NCBI GenBank assembly: GCA_963812155.1
Contig: CAWETW010000003.1
Coordinates: 160,001 to 224,000, forward strand
Origin: Vulcanimicrobiota bacterium
GTDB lineage: Bacteria; Vulcanimicrobiota; Vulcanimicrobiia; Vulcanimicrobiales; Vulcanimicrobiaceae
Direction of reading: 5' to 3'
Length of the DNA: 64,000 bases
Position 1 is the stretch's first letter. Each line of letters starts with the position of its first letter. The position numbers and the translations under genes are program-made. The notes under the pieces are model-generated. The model worked only from the letters and a program-made list of their open reading frames with translations, was not told the DNA's origin and ran no database searches. Below, in pieces: positions 40,769-52,929 of this stretch.

Positions 40769-42100
40769 CGTACCGCAAGAACAGGCCGACGTGCCGCCGG
40801 CAGCGGCCGTCCCGTAGAGTTTCGAACCGCTGCGGACAATTGGCCCGTCGGGGCCCTTGCCGTCGGTCCCGCTAAAAACGTGCACCAGCTCCTCGACCCA
40901 CTCACTTCCCGAAGGCGTCATGTGAAAAATCGTGCCGCAGCCATCGAAACACGCGGGCGAGCCGCCGTAGACCGTTGCACCGTAGAATCCGGAGGAAGCT
41001 GCGCCCGCGATCGCACCTGGAAGTTCGCCGTCCTGCCCACCGGCAAAAGCATACCGCGTCGTCACTTTCGATTTCTTACCTTGCCCGTACGCGAACGAGT
41101 AGAAGGTTCCGCATCCGTACACTTGCGGCTCGACCTCGCACGCCGGTCTGCCGCCGCCAAACTCCGTCGTGCCATAGAGATTGCCGTCACCGCCGTCGGT
41201 GAGCGGACCTGCCCAAGCGCCGTCCGTCGACGAGCGCTCCACGTAGAACGAGTGCTGCACTCGCTCCGAAGCGGTACTTCCGGAGACCGTCAGCTTGTAG
41301 ATCGTTCCGCATCCTAGGACGGCAGGGCACAACTTGGAAGCGCCGCCGAACTCCGTCGTACCGTAAAACGATCCGGCCTTGCGAACGACGCTCGAATCCG
41401 GCCCGGCGCCATCGGGACTTCCCTGAAATGAGTGCAGGATCGACTCGCGCCACGTTCCGCTGGTCCGCGTCGGTGGTTGCAATTCGAATACCGTACCGCA
41501 TCCCGAATCGCTAAACAAACACGCCGTTCCGGAGCCGCCCATTCGCGTCGTTCCGAAGATCGCTCCACTCGCGCCGACATAAAAGAGCCCGTTCGGTTCG
41601 AAACCGTCGCCGGGCGCGCCCCTGAAGCTGTACAGCGTCGTTACGACCCAGTTGCCGCTTGCGTTCTTACTCAGCGAATAGACTGCACCCATGTCATGAA
41701 CGCCGCCGCCGGCAACACCGTAGTAGACTCCGTCGTGAATTAGTAAGCCGCTGGGGTGATAACCGGAGGGCTGCGGTTGAAAGAAATAGATCGAATGCGT
41801 CGTCGAGCCGCCGAACTCGAAAATCGTTCCGCAACCGGTCGTTTTGCAGTCGCGAGGGTGGATGTGGCCGCCCGCGTACGTCGTTCCTAGAAGCGCACCG
41901 CCCGGACTCTCAACGATTGCATCCGGTCCGGCACCATCGGCCGGTCCCCCCTGAAAGTTATACAGCACCTGGAATCCCATATCGGCACGATGTGCCGGGA
42001 ATGCCGACGGCTGCAGCGGAGTGCCTCCCCCGGCGGCACCGCATGCGGACAGTGCGGCGATCAAGACGGAGGAGCCCAAAACTTGATGAAAACGCAGCAT
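40745..42100 (-). CDS. Secreted beta-propeller-like repeat lipoprotein (GloVer-type tandem repeats)
   Basis: GGAGG RBS, lipobox LSAC; repeats of L(Y/H)SF.G..DG..P...YGTT..GG...C...GCGT(I/V)F. Confidence 0.8.
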   Translation of the reverse strand: MLRFHQVLGSSVLIAALSACGAAGGGTPLQPSAFPAHRADMGFQVLYNFQGGPADGAGPDAIVESPGGALLGTTYAGGHIHPRDCKTTGCGTIFEFGGSTTHSIYFFQPQPSGYHPSGLLIHDGVYYGVAGGGVHDMGAVYSLSKNASGNWVVTTLYSFRGAPGDGFEPNGLFYVGASGAIFGTTRMGGSGTACLFSDSGCGTVFELQPPTRTSGTWRESILHSFQGSPDGAGPDSSVVRKAGSFYGTTEFGGASKLCPAVLGCGTIYKLTVSGSTASERVQHSFYVERSSTDGAWAGPLTDGGDGNLYGTTEFGGGRPACEVEPQVYGCGTFYSFAYGQGKKSKVTTRYAFAGGQDGELPGAIAGAASSGFYGATVYGGSPACFDGCGTIFHMTPSGSEWVEELVHVFSGTDGKGPDGPIVRSGSKLYGTAAAGGTSACSCGTLFELQQR

Positions 42101-42302
42101 CGCACCACCTCCGATCGTTACTTCGACGTTTCTCGTCACGGTTTATATTCGTTTCGCTACGTTATCCTCGATAACAGACTTCGTACGCCGGATGACCGAA
42201 GAAGTTGTGGCGTCCAACACGAGACGAGCGCATAACGCGGACAAACGGCGGCGGCGATTTCCAGCGTCGAGCCGTAGGCGCAGCGCGGCGAGCACTGACT
42301 AA

Positions 42303-42322
42303 AAGGTGACTTTAGTCACTTT
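42303..42322. promoter_or_regulatory. Palindromic operator-like site upstream of mgtC-like gene
   Basis: AAGGTGAC-TTTA-GTCACTTT, 9 nt before the first ATG. Confidence 0.55.
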
Positions 42323-42331
42323 CTAGAAACA

Positions 42332-43054
42332 ATGCCTATGAACAGCTTCTTCCAGCCTACGGGTCAAGGTTGGTTTCAGATCGCCGATCTTGGTTTGGCT
42401 TTGGCGCTGTCGTCGCTGATCGGCCTCGAGCGCGAGCACCGGCAAAAAAGCGCGGGCTTGCGTACGTACACCCTCGTCGGCTTTGCAGCGGCGCTCATTA
42501 TGCTCGTTTCGAAGTACGGATTCTCGGACGTCATCGAGAACGGCCGTGTCGTACTCGATCCCTCACGTGTTGCCGCCCAGATCGTGACCGGCATAGGTTT
42601 CATCGGCGGTGGCGTCATCTTCATGAAGCGAGACGTCGTGCGCGGTCTGACGACGGCTGCCATCGTGTGGCTGACCGCAGCCGTCGGTATGGCATGTGGT
42701 GCTGGGCTACCGCTCCTCGCGATAGCCGTGACCGCCGGTCATTTCATCGTCGTTTCGGCCTTTCCGTATATTGCGCAGCTTCTTCCGGGATCGAACTACG
42801 CGACGGTTCCCGTCCGGCTCACCTATGAGGGCGGCCGCGGCACACTACGAAATGCGCTGGTCGCCTGTACGTCGAGGCATTACAGCGTTGGCGCAATTGA
42901 GGTCGAGCCGACGGGTCTTAGCGAAAATGTAGCGACGGTGATCATCACGCTCAACGGCGTCGAACGTAACGCGCCTCTCGCCTCGCTCTTGAGCGACGTT
43001 CCGGGAGCGCTGGCGGTGCGCGTGGGAAGCGAAAACGGGCAAAGCGATTCCTAG
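42332..43054 (+). CDS. MgtC/SapB family membrane protein
   Basis: IGLERE...AGLRTYTLV, DPSRVAAQIVTGIGFIGGG, GLTTAA. Confidence 0.93.
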   Translation: MPMNSFFQPTGQGWFQIADLGLALALSSLIGLEREHRQKSAGLRTYTLVGFAAALIMLVSKYGFSDVIENGRVVLDPSRVAAQIVTGIGFIGGGVIFMKRDVVRGLTTAAIVWLTAAVGMACGAGLPLLAIAVTAGHFIVVSAFPYIAQLLPGSNYATVPVRLTYEGGRGTLRNALVACTSRHYSVGAIEVEPTGLSENVATVIITLNGVERNAPLASLLSDVPGALAVRVGSENGQSDS

Positions 43055-43103
43055 CACTTTTCCGCGAAAGCGGGTTACCCCCCAAACGTGCAGGCTGCGC
43101 ACG

Positions 43104-45405
43104 CTAGGGCAGCGTGGGAACGACCGACGTGTGCGTGCCGTCTGTTTCGACGGCTATGGCGCCGCCTTCGTCGGTGCGGTAAATCGTCGCGCCGAAACGT
43201 TGCAGCGTGGCAATCGTTCCCGGCGCCGGATGACCGAAAAGATTGTGGCGCCCAACCGAGACGATCGCATAACGGGGACGAACGGCGGCGACGAATGCGG
43301 GCGTCGAGCCGTAGGCGGAGCCGTGATGCCCCACCTTGAGGATCTCGCACCGCAGGTTTACGCCCTCATTCAAAAAGCGCCGTTCGGCGGCGGCACCGGC
43401 GTCGCCGGTGAAGAGCATGCAGAAGGAGCGATAGCGTAAGACGAACGCGACCGAGTTCTCGTTGACGTCGTTGCGCGACCGCGCGATGAAGGGCAGCGAC
43501 GGACCGAGGAAATCGAGCGAAACGCCGTCGTCGAATCGCCAGCGCGCGCCGGCGCGAGGGTAGACCATCGGGACGCCTTCCGAATGTGCGGTCGCGAGCG
43601 CATCTTGATACGCATGGCCGCCGTAGCGCTGGCCACCGTCGGCGAACTCCGCAACGCGCAGGCGCCGAAGCACCGGTGCGACACCGCCCGCGTGGTCTCC
43701 GTGCGGATGGGAGAGTATGACGGCGTCGAGTGCGTGCACGCCGCCGCGCAACAGGAACGGCACCACGATCCGCTCGCCGATCGCTTCGGCAACCGAGTCG
43801 GCACCCGGTGCTCCGCGCTCGAGACGGCCGCCGGCATCCACGAGCAACGCGTGGCCGGCCGGCGTGCGCACCGCAATGGCGTCGGCTTGTCCGACGTCGA
43901 TGACGGTGATGCGCAACCGGCCGTTCGCGATCGCCGGCGGATCGAGCACGAACGCGGTCGCCAGCACCAACGCGGCTGCGGCGGGCGTGCGCGCACCGCG
44001 GCGCAGCAACGACGGCGCTGCGACGAGCGCCGCGTCGTAGGCGAGAATGCACCACGCCGGCGCCGGCGTCATCGGAATGCGGGCACCCGGAAGGCTCGAG
44101 AGCGTCCGCACCGCGCCAAGCATCAGCGCGAGCGGCCACGACTCCAGGTTCGCCGCCGCTTGCGCGAGCGGGGGCGACCACGTCAGCGCCAACTGCAGCG
44201 CGCCGAGTGCCATCGTCGCGCCGACGCACGGCACCACGGCAAGATTCGCGAGCAGCGCATACGGTGCGAACTGCAGGAATACCGCTGCGGTGAGCGGCCA
44301 CGTTCCACATTGCGTCGCCAGCGAGAGCACCAGTCCCTCGCGCACCGGTGCCGGCAAAGCACTGCGTGCGGCGATCCATCGTTCGATCGCGTTTGCGCAC
44401 GCGAAGATCGCGCCGACGCACGAGAACGACAGCGCGAAAGAAGCCGACGCGACGCTTTCCGGGCGAGCGAACGCAATCACGATCGCCGCGACGGCGAGCG
44501 CGTTCCACGAGAACGTCGCGCGACCGCAGGCGCGCGCGCAGAGCGCGGCCGTGGCCATCGTCGCGGCCCGAACCGCAGGCAGTGCATCGCCGCTGCACCA
44601 CGCGAACGCCCAAATCGCGAGCAATCGCAATGCTGCACGCGAGCCAACGGGGCAATGCAAACCACGACAGCACGCCCAGAACGAGCGCCGCGACCGCGCC
44701 GACGTGCAATCCGGCGGTGACGAGCACGTGCACGGTTCCGGTTTCTTGGAACTCCTCGCGCAAATCCGGCGGCAGCGCGGCCCGCTCGCCCCACAACTCG
44801 CCGGCGACGACCGAAGCGCCGGGTTCGCCGAGCCGCAACGCGAGTTGCGCGTGCGCCCATTCGTGCGCACGCGCCGGCCAGGCTCGCGCGTCCCATGGCG
44901 ACCCAGGCGCGGCCGACAGTACGGCTGCGCTTTCGATTTGCGCGTCGAGACCGCGGTCGCGCTGGATCGCGCGTTCGTTCGGCTCGCCCGGATTGCGCGC
45001 GTCGTCGAAGGGCGTCAACCTTCCGCGGACGACGACGTGCGAGCCGGGCGCCGGCGATTGGCCGGTGACGTGCACGAGCACGCGCACGCCACGGTCGAGT
45101 GCGGCGACGAGTCCCGCCGGTGTGCGTTCGAGCGCAACGCCGCCGTACTGCGCCGTCCGCTGCGGCGCGATCTCCACGTGGGAGCGGGCGACGCGCACTG
45201 CGTTCGCCGCGGCTGCGAATACACTCACGGCGAGCAGCGCGCGAAACCGCGGCGCCTTGCACGCGCCGGTAAACGCAAAGATCGCGAGGGCCACGAGCCC
45301 GGCGGCGACTGCGGCGCGCACGTCGAGCGAAAGCCCCTGCGCCGAAGCGGCGAGCGCTCCTAGAACGGCGGCGGCCGCGCAAAGGACGAGCGCGAAAGGC
45401 GGCAT
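43104..45405 (-). CDS. comEC: Competence protein ComEC/Rec2 (frameshift near 44625)
   Basis: OB region RNPGEP, GTVHVLVTAGLHVG, SFALSF, IDVGQAD, SHPHGDHAGG, LKVGHHGS, GHP. Confidence 0.92.
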
Positions 45406-45500
45406 CGGGCATACCCCTGCGACGGGGTGCGGCACCGGAAAGGCGGACGGGGGAAGCTCGGCGCGCGGCCGAAACCTGCACGCCACACTGGAGGTGTGGC

Positions 45501-46856
45501 ATGGCGAACAAACTGCCGTCGCTCTCGCTCAGTTTCTTTTTTTTCGCGGTTCTAGCGGGGTGCTCGTCGTCTACGACGCCGGGGGTGAATCCGATCGCAG
45601 CTCGGCCTGCGCCTGCGAAAGCCGGCGGCGGTTCGGATGCCGACCCGAGCACCAAAATCAAACACGTTATCGTCATCATTCAAGAAAACCGAAGCTTCGT
45701 AAATCTTTTTTCGGGTTTCCCCGGGGCCGATGCTCCAACGTTCGGCTACGAACACGACGGTACCCAAGTGCCGCTGACCAAGATCGACTTCAAAGGCGCG
45801 AGCATCGCGCACGGATTCACGACTTCCCTCACCGATTGGAACAACGGTGCGATGAACGGTTTCGACTTGAGCAACCCTTCGGCACCGCTGTATCCGTACT
45901 CGTACCTGGATCCGACCGTGGTGGAGCCGTACTTGAGCATGGCGAGTACGTACGTCCTCGCCGACCAGATGTTTCCGACCCAGTTCGGAGGGAGTTTTTC
46001 GGCCCACCTCAATCTCGTAGCCGGAACGGATAAGCTCAACTCAAAGCTTGCGGTGACGGATTACGCGACAAACATGCCATGGGGGTGCGACGCCCCGAGC
46101 GGCACGCGATCCTTCGTCGTCAACTCCAAGCGCGCCGAGAGCAACAAAGGCCCCTTCCCATGCTTCACGCAGTTTAAGACGATGGCCGATACGCTCGATG
46201 CGGCGGGCGTTTTGTGGAAATACTACGCGCCGCAAACCGTCGGATGCCCGAGTCAATGCGACAACGGCGGATTGGAATGGTCGGCGTTCGACGCTATCGA
46301 CAAGGTGCGAAACGGACCGGATTGGAGCAACGTCATCTATCCTCAGACGACGATTCTCCAAGACGCTCCCAACGGGAATCTTGCATCGGTTTCCTGGGTC
46401 GTTCCGGATCACAAAGATTCGGATCACCCCGACAGTCAAAGCGACACGGGTCCGTCATGGGTAGCGTCGGTCGTCAATGCGATCGGCCAATCCCAATATT
46501 GGAATTCTTCCGCCATCGTCGTCGTGTGGGACGACTGGGGCGGCTGGTACGACGACGCACCCCCGCCGCAAAAGAACTTCTTAGGGCTCGGGATCAGAGT
46601 CGGTTGCATCATCATCTCGCCGTACGCAAAGCACCAAGTCATTCACACGCAATACGAATACGGCAGCATTCTACGGTTCATCGAGCAAACGTTTAAGCTT
46701 GCGTCGCTGGGTTCTACCGACAAGCGAGCCACCAGCATCGTCGACAGCTTTAACTTTAGGCAGTCTCCGCGCCCGTTCGTACCGATCCAGGCGAAGTATC
46801 CGCCTTCGCATTTCTTGCACGAGCGGCCGTCCTTGCAGCCGCCCGACAGCGAATAG
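45501..46856 (+). CDS. Phosphoesterase/phospholipase C family lipoprotein
   Basis: Lipobox LAGC; KHVIVIIQENRSF, SDHP, WDDWGGWYD; paralogue of 37074-38417. Confidence 0.92.
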   Translation: MANKLPSLSLSFFFFAVLAGCSSSTTPGVNPIAARPAPAKAGGGSDADPSTKIKHVIVIIQENRSFVNLFSGFPGADAPTFGYEHDGTQVPLTKIDFKGASIAHGFTTSLTDWNNGAMNGFDLSNPSAPLYPYSYLDPTVVEPYLSMASTYVLADQMFPTQFGGSFSAHLNLVAGTDKLNSKLAVTDYATNMPWGCDAPSGTRSFVVNSKRAESNKGPFPCFTQFKTMADTLDAAGVLWKYYAPQTVGCPSQCDNGGLEWSAFDAIDKVRNGPDWSNVIYPQTTILQDAPNGNLASVSWVVPDHKDSDHPDSQSDTGPSWVASVVNAIGQSQYWNSSAIVVVWDDWGGWYDDAPPPQKNFLGLGIRVGCIIISPYAKHQVIHTQYEYGSILRFIEQTFKLASLGSTDKRATSIVDSFNFRQSPRPFVPIQAKYPPSHFLHERPSLQPPDSE

Positions 46857-46865
46857 AAACGTTCG

Positions 46866-47795
46866 TTGCGCATCATCGTCACCGGCGGCGCCGGCTTCAT
46901 CGGGTCGCACGTCGCCGACGCCTACGTTGCGGCCGGACACGACGTGCTCGTGCTGGATTCGCTCTGGGAGCACGGCGGCGGCCGGCGCGAGAATGTGCCG
47001 CAACGCGCGCAGTTCGTGCAGGCGGACATCTGCGACGGGGACGTCGCGCGAATATTCGACGAGTTTCGGCCGGAGATCGTCAATCACCACGCCGCGCAGC
47101 ACTCGGTCGCGATCTCCACGCGCGATCCGGTCTACGACGCGCGGGTCAACGTCACCGGATTGCTCAACGTTCTCGAAAGCGCCGTGCGAACCAAGACGCG
47201 CAAGGTGATCTTTGCGTCGAGCGGCGCGACGTTCGGCAATCCCGAGCGACTGCCGATTACCGACGATACGCCGCAGCGGCCGACGTCACCGTACGCCATC
47301 ACGAAGATGGCTGCGGAGCATTACTTGCGGTTTTATCGCGACGAAAAGGGTTTGGATTTCACCGCCTTGCGCTACGGCAACGTTTTCGGCCCGCGGCAAG
47401 ATCCCAACGGCGAAGCCGGCGTGATCGCGATTTTCGCGGCGGCGTTCGTGCGCCGCGAGGGCGTGCGCATCGACTGGGACGGCGAGCAGACGCGCGACTA
47501 CGTCTACGCCGCCGACGTCGCGCGCGCGAATCTCGCAGCGCTCGAGCGTGGATCGGGCGGCTGCTACGTCATCGGTACCGGCGTCAAAACCAGCGTGAAT
47601 GCGATCCATCGGGCGCTCGCCGAGATCGCCGGGTTCGACGCGCCGATCGTTCGTGCGCCGCGGCGGCCCGGCGACGCTCGCGACGCGCAGTTCGATGCCG
47701 CCGGTGCGCGCCGCGACCTCGGCTGGTCGCCCTCGACGCCGCTTCTCGACGGCATGCGCGCGACCTACGCATATTTCAGCGACGCGTCACGGTGA
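46866..47795 (+). CDS. NAD-dependent epimerase (UDP-glucose 4-epimerase-like)
   Basis: [34 protein letters not shown]. Confidence 0.92.
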   Translation: MRIIVTGGAGFIGSHVADAYVAAGHDVLVLDSLWEHGGGRRENVPQRAQFVQADICDGDVARIFDEFRPEIVNHHAAQHSVAISTRDPVYDARVNVTGLLNVLESAVRTKTRKVIFASSGATFGNPERLPITDDTPQRPTSPYAITKMAAEHYLRFYRDEKGLDFTALRYGNVFGPRQDPNGEAGVIAIFAAAFVRREGVRIDWDGEQTRDYVYAADVARANLAALERGSGGCYVIGTGVKTSVNAIHRALAEIAGFDAPIVRAPRRPGDARDAQFDAAGARRDLGWSPSTPLLDGMRATYAYFSDASR

Positions 47796-50265
47796 TACGA
47801 CGAGGTTGAGCAGCCGGTCGGGAACGTAGATGCGTTTGCGCAGCTGTTTGCCGTCGATCTGCGCGCGCACGTTGTGCTCGGCCGCCGCCAATGCGTAGGC
47901 GTGCTCTTCGTCGAGCCCCGGCGGCACGCCGAGGCGCGCGCGAATTTTGCCGTTGACCTGAACGACGAGGGTGATTTCGTCGAGCGCCAGCGCGCGTTCG
48001 TCGGGCTGGAGGTAGGCTTCCAGATGGACCGATCGCTCGTGACCGAAGCGCTCCCACAGCTCCTCGGCGAGATGCGGTGCAAACGGCGCCAGCAGGATCG
48101 GCAACGCGTGCGCCGCGTACCGCGTGGCCGGCGATTCGGGCATGCGTTGGGCCGCCAGCGTAAGCGCGTTGACGAGTTCGTCGAGTTTCGCGATCGTCGC
48201 ATTGTAGTGAAAGCGACGAGTCGTCGTTTCGTCGAGCGCCGATTTCGCGGCGATCGCGACGGCGCGCAACAGCGCCTTCTCCTCCGCCGACGCCGCATCG
48301 GGCAGCACGCGAGTGCCGGTGCTTCGCGCCGTCTCGAAAAACGGCTCGCACGCGCGCCACGCGCGATTGACAAATCGCACGCGGCCGCTGATGCCGTCCT
48401 CGCTCCACTCGCTGGTATCTTCCGGCGGGGTCACGTACAGCACGAAGAGCCGCATCGCATCGACGCCGCTGCGCGCGGCGGTTTCGTCGATTCCGACGAC
48501 GTTGCCGTGCGATTTCGACATCTTCTGTCCGCCCCTGAGCACCATGCCCTGGTGGAAGAGGCGCTCGAACGGCTCGTCGCGACCGGCGACCCAGCCTTGG
48601 TCGGCGAAGAATTTGTAGAAGAAACGCGAGTAGAGCAAGTGCAGCACCGCGTGTTCGGCTCCGCCGAGATATTGGTCGACGTTCATCCACGCGGATGCGT
48701 CGGCGCGTTCCCACGCAGCGCGTGCGTCGTGCGGGTCGAGATAGCGCAAGTAATACCACGAGGATTCGAAAAACGTATCCATCGTGTCGCTCTCGCGGCG
48801 CGCGGGGCCGCCGCATTTCGGGCAGGTCGTCTCCACGAACGACGCGACGTGCGCGAGCGGCGATCCTTCGCCGGTCACCTGCACGCCGAGCGGCAGCACG
48901 ACCGGCAGTTGCTCGTCGGGAACCGGCACCTCGCCGCAGCCATCGCAATAGACGATCGGAATCGGCGTGCCCCAGTACCGCTGGCGCGAGACGAGCCAAT
49001 CGCGCAGACGGGTCGTCACCGTTTTTTCGCCGTCGCCAATCGCTGCGAGGCGTTGCGCGATCGCATCGCGCGCCCGCTCGCTGGTCATGCCGGTGAAGTC
49101 GCCGCTATCCACCAGCACGCCGTCGTCGACGAACGGCGCGGCGGAATCGGATGCTTCGCCGTTCGCCGGCACGATCGTGGATACGACCGGCAGTTCGTTA
49201 CGGCGCGCAAAATCGAAGTCGCGTTCGTCGTGCGCGGGCACGCCCATTACCGCGCCGGTACCGTATTCCGCCAGCACGTAGTTGGTCACCCAAATCGGGA
49301 CGCGCTGCCCCGACAGCGGATTGACGGCATACGCGCCCGTGAATAAGCCCTGTTTCTCCATGAGACTGGTGCGTTCGAGTTCGGATTTCGAACGCAGGCT
49401 GTCGGCGAACGAAGCCATCGCCGCGGCGCGCTCGGGCGCAACGATGCCGGCGATGCGAGCGGCCAGTGGATGTTCGGGCGCAATCGCGACGAACGTAGCG
49501 CCGAAGACGGTGTCGACGCGCGTCGTGAAGACGTCGAGGTTCGCATCGAGTCCTTCGATGCGAAAGGCAAATCGAACACCCTCGCTGCGGCCGATCCAAT
49601 TGCGCTGCATCGCAATCGTGCGTTCCGGCCAGTCGGGAAGGTCGTCGAGATCGGCGAGCAGGCGATCGGCGTATGCCGTGAATTTTCAAGAACCATTGCG
49701 AGAGGTTGCGACGCTCGACCAGATGGTGGCAGCGCCAGCAGCGGCCGTCCTCGACCTGCTCGTTGGCGAGCACGGTTTTATCGTGCGGGCACCAGTTGAC
49801 CGGCGCTTCGCGTTTGTACGCCAAACCGCGTTCGTAGAGGCGTAGAAAAAGCCACTGATTCCAGCGGTAATACTCGGGATCGCACGTCGCGAATTCGCGC
49901 GTCCAGTCGTAGCTCGTTCCGAGTACGCGCAACTGGCGCTCCATGTTTGCGATGTTCGACGACGTCCACTCGGCCGGGTCGATGCCGCGCGCGATCGCGG
50001 CGTTCTCCGCCGGAAGTCCGAAGGCGTCGAAGCCCATCGGGTGCAGCACGTTATAGCCGAGCATGCGCATCATGCGGGCAATCGCGTCGCCTATCGTATA
50101 GTTCTTGGCGTGACCGACGTGCAGATCGCCCGACGGGTACGGCAGCATCTCGCAGACATAGTATTTCGGGCGCGCGTCGTCCGAGCGCGCGCGATAGATG
50201 CCTTCGCGCTCCCAGCGCTCCTGCCACTTGCGCTCGACGCTTCTGAAATCGTAGGCCTCGGCCAT
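47787..50265 (-). CDS. leuS: Leucine--tRNA ligase (frameshift near 49680)
   Basis: [56 protein letters not shown]. Confidence 0.96.
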
Positions 50266-50338
50266 AGGCGCCATGGTACACGCTCGGTGCGCAAACGCGC
50301 TACCTTTCAGGTCGGCCGGACGCGCGTGATGGAATCGC

Positions 50339-50974
50339 ATGATCGTTCGCATCGGGGTTCTGGCGGGAGTGCTGGCGTTGGCCGCCGCGGCATTATGGCA
50401 TCCGGCTCCTCGCCCGGCCGTTACGACGGAGGCCGCACCGGCCGGCGGCGGTCGAAACGCCGAGCCTCACGCCGCACGCGTCGGGTCGCGGCGTACCGGC
50501 GAGCGCGGCGGTATCGTTTACGTGGCCGGCGCGGTGCGGCGCCCCGGTCTCTATCCTGCGAATTCCGGCGAACGCGCTGCCGCTGCGGTTGCGAATGCGG
50601 GCGGGTTCGCACCGGGCGCCGACCCTGCGGGCGTCAACCTGGCAGCTCCCGTCAGCGACGGCGACGAGATCTACGTGCCGCTCGCCGGTGAAGCCCCGCG
50701 TTCGGCTTCCACGAGCCGGCGGCACGCGCATCGTCGCGGTTCGCACCGCCGCGACGTCCAGGCGAACGCGCCCGAACCCTCGAGCGTCGACGTCAACGCG
50801 GCCGGCGAGGACGAGCTTGCGGGCGTCCCCGGAATCGGTGCGGCCATCGCGGCGCGAATCGTCGCCCTGCGCGCCGTCGACGGTGCGTTTACCTCGCTCG
50901 ATCAGCTGCTCGACGTCTCCGGCATGACGCAGACGCGATTGGAGCGCGCGCGTCCGTATCTGCGCGACCCATAG
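50339..50974 (+). CDS. comEA: Competence DNA receptor ComEA
   Basis: TM anchor, SLBB domain [11 protein letters not shown], HhH VDVNAA...VPGIG...GAF. Confidence 0.9.
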   Translation: MIVRIGVLAGVLALAAAALWHPAPRPAVTTEAAPAGGGRNAEPHAARVGSRRTGERGGIVYVAGAVRRPGLYPANSGERAAAAVANAGGFAPGADPAGVNLAAPVSDGDEIYVPLAGEAPRSASTSRRHAHRRGSHRRDVQANAPEPSSVDVNAAGEDELAGVPGIGAAIAARIVALRAVDGAFTSLDQLLDVSGMTQTRLERARPYLRDP

Positions 50975-51025
50975 AGGTTCCTCACTCTAGGAACCTCGCA
51001 AGGCCGAGCGAAGTCGAAGTGCCTC

Positions 51026-52828
51026 ATGACCGCGGAGCTTCCGCCGAAAGAAACGCTCCCGCAACTCGTCCGCAGCGCGCTTGAGCCGCCGCGCGACGAC
51101 GTTTTGAACGAGCGCGTCGACGGTGTTTGGACGCCGATCTCGTCGGCGCGGCTGCTCGAACGCATCGAAAACGTCGCGTGCGCCATTCGAGCGTCGGGCA
51201 TCGCGCCGGGCGACCGCGTCGCACTCGCCGCCCACGACTGCATCGACTGGCTCGTCACGGATTTCGGAACGATCTTCGCCGGCTGCGTCGTCGTTCCGAT
51301 CTATCCGACGCAAGCGCTCGATCACGTCGCGTATATTTTGCGCCATTCGGAGGCGAAGTTGCTGTTCGCCGATTCCGGCGCGACGCTCGAGCGCGTGCGC
51401 GGCAGCGGCGCCGGCGTCGACCGGGCGGTCGTCTTCGATTCGGCCGGCGACGACGGCCTGGCAGCGTTCGAAGGCCGCGGCGCGGCAGCGCGTACCGGTA
51501 CGGCCGACATTCCCGCTGCATACGAAGCCGCGTTGCACCCCGACGACCTGGCCGTGTTGATCTACACCTCGGGAACCACCGGCGATCCCAAAGGCGTGAT
51601 GCTTTCGCACGACAACGTCGGATTCGATGCGCGTTCGGCGTTGAAGTGCGGCCTCGACGGACTCGTCGAGGGGAATCCGGTGCTTTCCGTGTTGCCGTTC
51701 TCGCATATCTTCGAACACACCATCGCGTACGTTTATCTGCTCGCGCGCGTGCGGTACTTCATCTGCCACGATACGGGCGAGCTGCGCGACGATATGCGCG
51801 ACGTGCGCCCGTCGGTGATGACGAGCGTGCCGCGCATCTTCGACCGCGTGCTGGCCGGCGTTTCGGGCAGGGCTATGAAGGCCGGCGGGCTGCAAGGCAA
51901 ACTCGTCCCTTGGGCGCTTGCCGCCGGACGCGCGTACGCGCGCGCGATGGCGTTCGGCGGCCGCGTCTCACCGGCTCTCGCGCTGCGCTACGCGATCGCC
52001 AACCGGCTCGTGCTGCGCAAAGTGCGCGCCGCGCTCGGCCTCGATCGCATGAAGTTCTTCGTGAGCGGCAGTGCGGCGCTGCACGTCGACACGGCGATGA
52101 CGTTCTTAGGGTTGGGCGTGCCGATCATGCAAGGCTACGGTCTCACGGAAACCTCGCCCGTGATCACGGCCAGCCGCCTCTCCGCGAACGAATACGGCGC
52201 TTCGGGAAAACCGATTCCCGGCGTCGACGTGCGCGTCGCCGAGGACGGCGAGATTCTCACGCGCGGACGGCACGTGATGCGCGGCTACTATCGCGATCCG
52301 GATGCGACGGCGGCCACCATCGTCGACGGGTGGCTGCACACGGGCGACATCGGCGAGATCGACGCGCTTGGGTTCTTGCGAATTACCGATCGCAAGCGCG
52401 AAGTTTTCAAGACCGACACCGGAAAGTGGATTTCGCCGGCGCGCATCGAGAGCGCAATCAAGCGCTCCGTCTTCGTTGCGCAGGCGATGGTCGTCGGCAG
52501 CGGGCGTCCGCACCCGGCGGCACTCGTCTGCCCCAATTGGGACTTGTTGCGCATCGAACTCACTCTTCCGGCGGAGGCGCCCCCCGAAACGCTTGCCGCC
52601 CGTGAAGACGTCAAGGCGTTCGTCTCGCGCCTCGTCGAGAAGCAGACGCGCGAACTCGCGACGTTCGAGCAAGTGCGGCGGGTCATCGTGATTCCGCACG
52701 AGTTCAGCGTCGAGGGCGGAGAGCTATCGCCCGCCATGAAGATCAAGCGCCGGGTGGTCGAAACCCGCTACGCGCCCGCAATCGATCTCGCCTATGGCGT
52801 CGATCTGCACGCTCACGCGCCGGCGTGA
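51026..52828 (+). CDS. Long-chain fatty acid--CoA ligase
   Basis: IYTSGTTGDPKG, QGYGLTE, GWLHTGDIG, ITDRK. Confidence 0.93.
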   Translation: MTAELPPKETLPQLVRSALEPPRDDVLNERVDGVWTPISSARLLERIENVACAIRASGIAPGDRVALAAHDCIDWLVTDFGTIFAGCVVVPIYPTQALDHVAYILRHSEAKLLFADSGATLERVRGSGAGVDRAVVFDSAGDDGLAAFEGRGAAARTGTADIPAAYEAALHPDDLAVLIYTSGTTGDPKGVMLSHDNVGFDARSALKCGLDGLVEGNPVLSVLPFSHIFEHTIAYVYLLARVRYFICHDTGELRDDMRDVRPSVMTSVPRIFDRVLAGVSGRAMKAGGLQGKLVPWALAAGRAYARAMAFGGRVSPALALRYAIANRLVLRKVRAALGLDRMKFFVSGSAALHVDTAMTFLGLGVPIMQGYGLTETSPVITASRLSANEYGASGKPIPGVDVRVAEDGEILTRGRHVMRGYYRDPDATAATIVDGWLHTGDIGEIDALGFLRITDRKREVFKTDTGKWISPARIESAIKRSVFVAQAMVVGSGRPHPAALVCPNWDLLRIELTLPAEAPPETLAAREDVKAFVSRLVEKQTRELATFEQVRRVIVIPHEFSVEGGELSPAMKIKRRVVETRYAPAIDLAYGVDLHAHAPA

Positions 52829-52929
52829 CGGGGCGCTTTTGACGGAACTTTGATTGAGCGCGGCTCGGTTGCGAAAGGGACGCGTGCCGTGAGCCCTAAC
52901 TTTGGGACCAATCCCCGTTGGAGGTTTCG

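Noticed and set aside
40745..42100. Cys-rich repeat protein as a multiheme cytochrome
   Set aside because: It has no CxxCH motifs. The cysteines lie in C...GCG loops of propeller-like repeats.
42140..42331. M-box (ykoK) Mg2+ riboswitch upstream of mgtC-like gene
   Set aside because: No AGGUGAGGCU or UGCUAAAGC-type conserved segments; only short palindromes such as GTTATC-CTC-GATAAC.
49660..49700. Programmed frameshifting in leuS, hemB, hemC, rex or cyt b
   Set aside because: There is no consistent slippery heptamer or stimulatory structure, and indels are scattered over unrelated genes, so error is more parsimonious.
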